Source of the DNA: a virus
Reading direction: 5' to 3' (one strand)
IMG/VR virus record: IMGVR_UViG_3300025018_000102
Location: 32,001-96,000 of that record
Length of the DNA: 64,000 nt
Below the pieces are notes generated by a model. The model searched no databases and had not been told where the DNA came from. It saw only the letters and a program-made list of their open reading frames with translations. Of this stretch, positions 58,901 through 64,000 are shown piece after piece (the first letter of the stretch is position 1; every line of letters begins with the position of its first letter). A program made the translations under genes and the position numbers.

Positions 58901-59246
58901 CTGGGCCCCCCTCTTCATCTACTGCGTAGTCCTCCTCCACACGATCGACAAATCCAAAGAACGTGCGAATCCACCCCTCCCCGTCCTTGATGTCAAAGTA
59001 AACATTGATCACATCCCCCGGACGTATGAGGTTCATGAAGTTCTTGGAGGCAGTTAGCGCAAGGTTAGCTTTACCCTCGGCCTTTATGGACTTAGACAAC
59101 TGGCAACTAAACACATCATCGCTGATGTCGAAAGCCTCAAAGTCAGTAGTGTGGCTGTGTACTACAACTTTGATGCTGACCTTGTACCGCCTTATGTCAT
59201 CTACGTCCTTGTTATCAAAGGGCGCATTCTCTGAAAGGGCACCCAT
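55914..59246 (-). CDS. baseplate hub protein with internal M23 peptidase domain
   Basis: FDISDDV..CQLSKSI N-terminus; HNGVDIG, YAHLS and PHLHFEI M23 motifs; PEIRVGYRL...FYVENVNH...TRG hub C-terminus. Confidence 0.85.
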   Translation of the reverse strand: MGALSENAPFDNKDVDDIRRYKVSIKVVVHSHTTDFEAFDISDDVFSCQLSKSIKAEGKANLALTASKNFMNLIRPGDVINVYFDIKDGEGWIRTFFGFVDRVEEDYAVDEEGGPGTAYHIIASDWQKAVEKTHVYFNPHLVRRRDVGGEDYSTFNIGGLSMISRGLQISGSPSDCVTSALVLQLGFGSQWILPRAHPVNEDDRLTAIRNSVAKTKLLADLRGALNPEQQNSLESLLDNLQPSNGVDDLDSAISREQIQEALRSQLGEIDAGDEQLLVRVRTNLVEYARRTEPTELKSLLDIVNLSDFVEREAIDGYAVEMGMWQQQGPLISIVRSVSNEVINELMFDLRPMSLGGVPFEGTEWDRDPDDIFGNVASDGVPTNGVRYMPSVVMREYPYGTIQSIDGTSIKGDGEGAEALNYIPVGAIFSNKPNVPGRHIVEVPNMNVADNRDAVGPSKGYKIMDVAVLSEKEIRATRLGRSDEDVFNLFGMTSDVYLGSDAQYFMRDFIPVITPIHIARFGLRVREVRTRFARFYIGTGTVTTSPNETQAIGEGTFSMEVGSPVGRGTGIEAVSNFLTSEYRYRNANSGEFWHFHNGVDIGPLARTGSRTSDEYIPPGPTSGETIPIYAIADGYVVCAAPSGAIDGYGNCVGVHHPQFSEGDRKLISFYAHLSSIESKWEATNTSTLRSGQYVAEGVSPYANPAYSPVYVRKGEILGYMGKTYGSRAKPRREFSAPLPHLHFEITSRIPSKYNPDVYYAEANRAAAAAAATTPAKRRLVADSVSPRDVRPPDPGSIYSQDPEAWFAEYADKPLRVLIKEASRAGTTPPEVTEVDFEEGGGEGPHEDEDLARSANTEEVEPDEIDEFEAATAPTPLRPVTVMDQRKQLGRWCLLQDHWFQHNVEYLNGSIVTRPAPEIRVGYRLDILERNLSFYVENVNHTYQYPDTMTTSLTVTRGQPNNPFPAYALPATPGFPGAENSRKEGSRLAQYFNVPDPVAVRNGITFRDRRDANTMATLDGRGITNELDNPANWGEAPYDFSELEADYEPGGESPGLTPADTQGTPDYGAGSTERTANLLAQIDAELGLVNAGEGEVVITGTEVDVLSELPDE

Positions 59247-61561
59247 CAGTTCACGCTGCCTGTAGGCCCGGCTGTGTCAGCAATAGCCGAGATGCGGGCT
59301 CGGAATGCGGTGGTATCTTCGGACGATCCGTCAAGGGCGTCATGGACATCAAAGTTCTGCCACTCCGATGAGCCGCGCATTTGAGCCCGTTGCACGTGTG
59401 ACAGCGACAGGCCTAGTTGCTCCATCACAGCGGTCATCTGAAGTTCTCGGTAGTTGTTTAGCATGGATCGGTGGCCAAGGTTTTCCGCGGGGTTGAAGTT
59501 GCCCCCCATGCCCCTAATGTCGTTCCTGAGGATATCACGAGTTGCGAGCCCGTTGGCTCTCTCATAGCTCACGCCGCGGTCGTTGATGTAGGAGGATATT
59601 CGTCGGGCTCGATCGGCGCCCGCGCTTGCCATATCCATCGCGCGGTCCAAGTTCACTTGGCCCGTTACACCTCCTGAGATATCCAGTCCGTGGTTTCTAA
59701 ACTGGTTCAATATGCGGGTCCCGGCGTGGCGATTCCTAAGCGCGTCACTGCGAGTGCCCATTTCCTCCGCCAGTTCTGCGAGCCGTGCCGCTTTGTCTGC
59801 ATCGGACATGTTGCTGTTCTCTACATCCGATGCCTGCTGCATAAGAGCCTTCACCTGATCACGTGCCTCACCTCCCTCCATCATCTGAATAGACAGGCTA
59901 TCTACGGATTCCCATATGCCCTTGAGCAGGGACACCATGGCCTCAAATGCCTTGAGAGCCAAAGGCATCAGAGCGTCAACCAGGTTGTTCCTCAGGTCCT
60001 GAAGTTCCTCTACTGCCTTGGCCGAGGACTTACCAATCTCCACCATACGATCATCGAGCGTCGCAGTTCTCTTTGCGATCTCCAGGTTGGAGTTGGCGAT
60101 TTGTTGGTCGACAGGAAGGGACTCCTTCATGATCTCTGCGAGCTTTTCTCGCATGTCCCCGCCACCAGCGTCGATAGCTTCGTAGAGTGCAGTGGCCTGG
60201 TCCATAGATACCGCGCCATTGGTCATCGTTGAGAGGGCGAGGTCTCTTGCGTTGGAGTTGCCCCCGCCTTGACCTCGGGCACCTTCCATCATCGCCATGA
60301 GGTTGTCCACGTTGCCGTGCACGCCTCGTTGGGCTTGGCGAGTGATGTCAAAGAAGTCCGTGCCTGGAGCGCCGGAGCCAAAGCCCCGCATCTGGTAGAA
60401 CAGTGCCTTATTGGCCTCTGCGCTTGAGCCCACTTGGCCAAATCCCTTCACGGCACTGTCAATGCCGTTCATGACTCCTAGGCCCCGCATGCCTTGGAGC
60501 GCGGGGTTGCCACTACGGCCCAGAAGGGCCATGAGGCCTGTGACGGCACCTGAGTTGACCTTGCCACCAGACACGGAGGCTGCCGAGGCAATCGCTGCGC
60601 CCATAGCGGACATGGCCTCACCCGCTCGAGAGCGGTCCATGCCCGACTGCATGGCATGGGACATTGTGCGCTGGAACTCACGCTTCCCAGCAGCTCCCTG
60701 CTTGTCGCCTCCTGCGGCGGTAAGGCTGCCCATGAAGCCAGTGACTTGCCCCACATCGCCACCGTACTGACGAGCCACGTTCTGAGCCATCTGGGTGCGG
60801 CGCAAAAGCCCCCGTCCGCCTCCAGTGGCCGCAGCCATGCCAGACATCTGCCCAAGAGTCTCAGTGGAACTGAAGCCCAGGGCCTGCGAGCGCCCAAAGC
60901 CCTGCAAACTGTACATGTCCTGTGAGTCATTGCGGCCCGTGATCTTGTTCAATGTGGTGAGATCTCGAGAGCCCTTCTTGAAGGCCATGGCGTTGTAGCC
61001 AGTGCCCGAAAGCCGGCCCGCAGCTCGACCGTAGCCCACGTAGGCTCCATAGCCTCCTCGGATGTCACTGGTAACCGCGTGCCCCACGGCCTCGGCGGCG
61101 CCACGGGCCAACCCACCGATGCCTCCGAGCAATCCCAAGCCCATGCGCCCAAGGCCGCCTGCGAGGCCGCCTATGCCCCTTCCCACGGCGCCCATGCGCT
61201 CTCGGGCGGACATGACTCCAGTGCCCCTACGTCCCTTCTGAGTGGCGATGTAGAGGGACTGGGTCTTTCTCAGTTCAGCATTGGTGGCCTTGATGAGTTC
61301 AAGGTCTTTCTTTCGAGCTTTGGCCTGGTTGTTCAGGATGTCCAGCTGGGACTTCATCAAGTCCTTGAGATCTTTCTCCTGCTTAAGGGCATCCTTGCCC
61401 TGCTTCTTAGCGTCCTTGTTTAGGGCCTTGTTGACCTTGCCCATTGTGCCGAACGTACTCTGCTGCAACTTCTTTGGCAGAGAAGCCGCCTCCTTCATAG
61501 CTCGTTTGAACTCGGAGGTATCAGCAGATACGTTTACTTTAATGTCTTTGTCGTCGGCCAT
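59246..61561 (-). CDS. tape measure protein
   Basis: IKVNVSADTSEF N-terminus; long helical Ala/Gly/Met-rich sequence; follows the chaperone pair. Confidence 0.85.
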   Translation of the reverse strand: MADDKDIKVNVSADTSEFKRAMKEAASLPKKLQQSTFGTMGKVNKALNKDAKKQGKDALKQEKDLKDLMKSQLDILNNQAKARKKDLELIKATNAELRKTQSLYIATQKGRRGTGVMSARERMGAVGRGIGGLAGGLGRMGLGLLGGIGGLARGAAEAVGHAVTSDIRGGYGAYVGYGRAAGRLSGTGYNAMAFKKGSRDLTTLNKITGRNDSQDMYSLQGFGRSQALGFSSTETLGQMSGMAAATGGGRGLLRRTQMAQNVARQYGGDVGQVTGFMGSLTAAGGDKQGAAGKREFQRTMSHAMQSGMDRSRAGEAMSAMGAAIASAASVSGGKVNSGAVTGLMALLGRSGNPALQGMRGLGVMNGIDSAVKGFGQVGSSAEANKALFYQMRGFGSGAPGTDFFDITRQAQRGVHGNVDNLMAMMEGARGQGGGNSNARDLALSTMTNGAVSMDQATALYEAIDAGGGDMREKLAEIMKESLPVDQQIANSNLEIAKRTATLDDRMVEIGKSSAKAVEELQDLRNNLVDALMPLALKAFEAMVSLLKGIWESVDSLSIQMMEGGEARDQVKALMQQASDVENSNMSDADKAARLAELAEEMGTRSDALRNRHAGTRILNQFRNHGLDISGGVTGQVNLDRAMDMASAGADRARRISSYINDRGVSYERANGLATRDILRNDIRGMGGNFNPAENLGHRSMLNNYRELQMTAVMEQLGLSLSHVQRAQMRGSSEWQNFDVHDALDGSSEDTTAFRARISAIADTAGPTGSVN

Positions 61562-61568
61562 TTGTTAC

Positions 61569-62009
61569 TTAGAAGGGGTTGAGGCCCTTCTTCTTTGCAA
61601 GGGTTACTGCGTGGGTCGTCGCCTCTCGATCCATGTCCCCAAAGCTGGTCGCTGAGGCATACTTCTTTGAAGATCTATGGCTCATGTTGCTGATCCGGGT
61701 AAGTTCTGTGCGGTCAAAGGCTTCAAGAAGGTCAACTTCCTTGCCCTCCGCAATCTGGCTCTCCCATCGGTCGATCATCTCGTCGCCTGTACGGAACTGG
61801 ATGTTACCATCTTCGTTTCGGTGAGCTTCGATAGGATCTTCCTCAAACTTATCAACGTAGAACTCCGTCAGCAGCGATAGTAGCGTGCGCTCTTGGAACA
61901 GGTCATGGTTCGAGGGCAGCTTGTACTTTCTCGTCCACCATCTCCCGAGCCACTCCTCGGGCTCCGGATTCGTTATCTGATCCCTGGCGATCTGTTTCGC
62001 CAGATCCAT
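61569..62009 (-). CDS. tail assembly chaperone downstream ORF (gpT-like)
   Basis: Overlaps the upstream chaperone by 107 nt in the +1 frame; WWTRKYKLPSNHDLF. Confidence 0.7.
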   Translation of the reverse strand: MDLAKQIARDQITNPEPEEWLGRWWTRKYKLPSNHDLFQERTLLSLLTEFYVDKFEEDPIEAHRNEDGNIQFRTGDEMIDRWESQIAEGKEVDLLEAFDRTELTRISNMSHRSSKKYASATSFGDMDREATTHAVTLAKKKGLNPF

Positions 62010-62427
62010 CAGATTTACTGCTTTCGAGGGCAGCGGCTCGCCGCTTGCGGTCCAGAAACGAGTTCTCGTGGGAGATCACCTCCTGGAAAACTTTGCCCAA
62101 CAGTTCAACGTCGGAGATGGCATCAAGATCCCACCAAACAGGAAAGTCCTGAAGAGCAATCTCCAGGTGCGCAATCATCGAGTTGAAGTCATCCGTTTCG
62201 GCGGGAACTCCCATTCCAGGCTGGTCGGGGCTGTGGTGGTAACCTCCGTTCAACTCGGTCTTGCGCACCCCCAGAGCAGCCATGTCCGAAATGGACATCT
62301 TCTTGGTGGTGAACTTCCCACGGTACTCCATATCGTCTTGCTCAGACTGATAGTCGATTAGGAATGTATGTAGAAGGTGCTGCCGAGCAGCCACTCCGTT
62401 TTTGGCGATCATCTTAGGTTTCTGCAT
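61903..62427 (-). CDS. tail assembly chaperone (gpG-like)
   Basis: Lies between tail tube and tape measure; AAGGGA RBS. Confidence 0.75.
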   Translation of the reverse strand: MQKPKMIAKNGVAARQHLLHTFLIDYQSEQDDMEYRGKFTTKKMSISDMAALGVRKTELNGGYHHSPDQPGMGVPAETDDFNSMIAHLEIALQDFPVWWDLDAISDVELLGKVFQEVISHENSFLDRKRRAAALESSKSDGSGETDRQGSDNESGARGVAREMVDEKVQAALEP

Positions 62428-62450
62428 CTATGTCCCTTTTGCTTATCTCA

Positions 62451-62459
62451 TTATACCAG
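62451..62459 (-). promoter_or_regulatory. extended -10 element upstream of the tail chaperone
   Basis: TGGTATAAT (TGn-TATAAT) about 25 nt before the ATG; a similar TGTTATACT lies upstream of the tail tube gene. Confidence 0.5.
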
Positions 62460-62463
62460 AAAA

Positions 62464-62538
62464 TGGCGCGCCGGGAGGGATTTGAACCCACTCTTTTTGA
62501 TTGGAAATCAGCCGTGCTACCGTTGACACTACAAGCGC
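62464..62538 (-). tRNA. tRNA-Gly(TCC), degenerate (probable pseudo-tRNA)
   Basis: Loop TTTCCAA and CCA end, but mismatches in the acceptor, anticodon (3 bp only) and T stems; G discriminator. Confidence 0.65.
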
Positions 62539-62539
62539 T

Positions 62540-62614
62540 TGGAGCCCACGGAGGGAGTCGAACCCTCGACCTACTGCTTACAAAACAGTTGCTCTACCAC
62601 TGAGCTAAATGGGC
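62540..62614 (-). tRNA. tRNA-Thr(TGT)
   Basis: GCCCATT..AGCTCAGTGGTAGAGC..ACTGT TTTGTAA GCAGT..GAGGG TTCGACT CCCTC..CGTGGGC TCCA. Confidence 0.9.
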
Positions 62615-62617
62615 TTT

Positions 62618-62747
62618 TGGCACGCCTGCTAAGCGCACCCCTTGGTGCCTCAGGAGGGGATTTACCTTCGTTCTATGAGTCGAAACCAGTTCAGGCCCTT
62701 GTTGGCAGTTTTACGTCGATCCGAAGACCTACATGCCTAGGACGTGC
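62618..62747 (-). ncRNA. structured ~130-nt RNA with tmRNA-like motifs, ending in CCA
   Basis: Complementary ends GCACGU/GCGUGC; internal CUAGGCAUGUAG, a UUCG hairpin, GGGCCUGAACUGGUUUCGAC, and a GCACC/GGUGC hairpin. Confidence 0.5.
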
Positions 62748-62760
62748 ACACAAAGTGCAA

Positions 62761-62836
62761 TGGTGGAATCTGAGGGACTCGAACCCTCGACATCCAGCTT
62801 GCAAAGCCAGCGCTCTCCCAACGGAGCTAAGACCCC
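62761..62836 (-). tRNA. tRNA-Ala(TGC)
   Basis: GGGGTCT/AGATTCC with G3-U70; loop TTTGCAA; ACCA end. Confidence 0.92.
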
Positions 62837-62840
62837 ATCG

Positions 62841-62940
62841 AGACAATGAGCAGGACTCGAACCTACAAGGGTGCTACCCAACCGGATTTCGGGAGGCTAT
62901 CCCTAGACCAGTAGCGTTTACCAGTTTCGCCATCATTGTC
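62841..62940 (-). tRNA. atypical class II tRNA-like gene: 8-bp acceptor, 22-nt expanded anticodon loop, no encoded CCA
   Basis: GACAATGA-TG-GCG AAACTGGTAAA CGC-T-ACTGG[TCTA GGGA TAGCC TCCC GAAAT]CCGGT-T GGGT AGC ACCC TT-GTAGG TTCGAGT CCTGC-TCATTGTC-T. Confidence 0.8.
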
Positions 62941-62941
62941 T

Positions 62942-63017
62942 TGGTAGCGCAGGTCGGACTCGAACCGACGTGCTTCTGGTTATGAGCCAGACGAGGTAGC
63001 CTCTCCTCAACCGCGCT
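62942..63017 (-). tRNA. tRNA-Met(CAT) (initiator-like body; Met, fMet or Ile2 unresolved)
   Basis: AGCGCGG/CTGCGCT; TCTGG CTCATAA CCAGA; A11-U24; ACCA end. Confidence 0.9.
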
Positions 63018-63023
63018 ATCTTG

Positions 63024-63052
63024 ATCCTAACACCGAGGTGCTAGGTGCGCAA
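63024..63052 (-). promoter_or_regulatory. sigma70-type promoter of the tRNA cluster
   Basis: TTGCGC-17 nt-TAGGAT with TGn extension, 6 nt before tRNA-Met. Confidence 0.65.
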
Positions 63053-63085
63053 GGTCCTTTCCACGTTGTGTTGCTCATGACCAGC

Positions 63086-63119
63086 AAAAAAGAAGGAGCA
63101 CCGTGTCCGTGCTCCTTCT
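63086..63119 (-). terminator. rho-independent terminator after the tail tube gene
   Basis: AGAAGGAGCAC-GGACACG-GTGCTCCTTCT-TTTTT. Confidence 0.85.
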
Positions 63120-63195
63120 AGTGTCGGGGGTTTTCTTCCCTTGGTAGCCAACACAACCAAGCATATCCCCTAGGGTTTAGCTAGAGTTGGAAGGC

Positions 63196-63618
63196 CTAGG
63201 CCGGGATGTCGAATTCGTCGTAGTGGCGTATTGCCACGAAGCTCACAGCGGTCTGGACAAGTCCTCGGGCCGTGACGTCAAAGTTCTGCGCTGCCGCTCG
63301 AACCCCAGTAAAGAGCGCAATAGTCTGCCCCGTGACCGAGTCCTGCACGGCGGCCTCGAGATCTCCGGACGTGATGATCTCTTCAAGCCGAGGGATAATG
63401 CCCAACTTCTTGAGGCTCTCTCCGACCACTCGGAACACCTGGGCATTCAGAGAAACTCGGTAAGCCACTGGAACGTGTTCACGCACCTCCAAGTAGTTGA
63501 GGGTATCCACTGGCTCGTAGTCGATTTCCTCACTGCCAGACATTCCGCCGGCGAAGCCGATTGGATTGCTGTTGATTAGGAAGAGAGCGCGGGCTCCTGA
63601 AAATGTCTTACTTGCCAA
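63196..63618 (-). CDS. tail tube protein
   Basis: 140 aa: IGFAGGMSGSEEIDYEPVDTL...EHVPVAYRVSL...V.F.A; upstream of chaperone and tape measure; AGGAG RBS. Confidence 0.85.
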   Translation of the reverse strand: MASKTFSGARALFLINSNPIGFAGGMSGSEEIDYEPVDTLNYLEVREHVPVAYRVSLNAQVFRVVGESLKKLGIIPRLEEIITSGDLEAAVQDSVTGQTIALFTGVRAAAQNFDVTARGLVQTAVSFVAIRHYDEFDIPA

Positions 63619-63705
63619 AGTTTTCTCCTAGTATAAGTTCTTAGAGTATAACACTTCTTGGAACTTAGGTCACTATAGGTTTATGTTGCCCCATTGAGAG
63701 AATCA

Positions 63706-63744
63706 GGAAGTAGGGGACGGAGGGACGGGGCGCCCCCTACTTCC
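63706..63744 (-). terminator. hairpin after the partial upstream gene
   Basis: GGAAGTAGGGG...CCCCTACTTCC 11-bp inverted repeat; weak U-tail. Confidence 0.5.
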
Positions 63745-63750
63745 CGAAGT

Positions 63751-64000
63751 TTAGGCGGGAAGAACGAGGCCTTCGACAGCCTTCTGAGCCTGCTTGAGCA
63801 GGTAGGCCATGAAAGCGTTGTTCGCGTGCCCACCCCCTGGGTGGGTGTTGGCAAGTTCGAAGTTGCCTGGACGGAAGTCCGTTGTAGGCTCCACGATCTG
63901 GAACGCGGTAGCGGCAGCAGGTGCCGAACTGAGCGCCTTGGCCAGCAGGAACGAATCGGAGGTGTTGCCCACGATGCGCCGAGTCTCGCCGGCGATGACC
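63751..64000 (-). CDS. C-terminal part of a probable virion structural protein (start outside window)
   Basis: Frame is open to the window edge: VIAGETRRIVGNTSDSFLLAKALSSAPAAATAFQIVE... Confidence 0.6.
   Translation of the reverse strand, partial: VIAGETRRIVGNTSDSFLLAKALSSAPAAATAFQIVEPTTDFRPGNFELANTHPGGGHANNAFMAYLLKQAQKAVEGLVLPA

Noticed and set aside
62885-62910. Amber suppressor (CTA) or archaeal bulge-helix-bulge intron in the atypical tRNA
   Set aside because: CTA is not in a canonical 7-nt loop, the unpaired bases form an internal loop rather than BHB geometry, and many genes here end normally at TAG.
62539-62985. 148-aa plus-strand ORF
   Set aside because: Antisense shadow of the tRNA cluster.
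274-63579. All plus-strand ORFs in the track
   Set aside because: They lie antisense to well-supported minus-strand genes or RNAs and show no recognisable motifs.

Overview
This 64 kb window is a segment of a large, contractile-tailed (myovirus-like) dsDNA phage genome using the standard genetic code. Essentially every real gene is on the minus strand, so transcription runs right to left. In that order the modules are: tail tube; a small tRNA/ncRNA cluster; tail assembly chaperones; tape measure; baseplate hub with an M23 peptidase; spike, LysM/gp25 fusion, baseplate J and wedge; tail fibres; a holin-like gene; a lysis cassette (spanin-like pair plus GH25 endolysin); an SF2 helicase with two inteins; J-domain protein, DnaB and primase; an accessory block (phosphoesterase, orphan HigA, MazG); family A DNA polymerase, UvsY-like, SSB, RecA, SbcCD, dNMP kinase and resolvase; and a block of degenerate nucleotide-sugar enzymes with ParB-like, GNAT and homing endonuclease genes. 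The most striking feature is at about 22.0-23.3 kb. A separately promoted 245-aa uncharacterised protein is followed directly by a roughly 450-nt non-coding region holding two tandem, circularly permuted, anticodon-less tRNA-like units. Each unit runs T-arm, acceptor 3' strand, NCC plus a UNCG hairpin, acceptor 5' strand, D-arm. This is the topology of YrlA Y RNAs and two-piece tmRNA, but no Ro/Rsr gene is present in the window. The tRNA cluster also holds an 8-bp-acceptor tRNA with a hairpin inserted into its anticodon loop and a 130-nt RNA with tmRNA-like motifs in scrambled order. All assignments come from reading motifs by eye; no searches were run.
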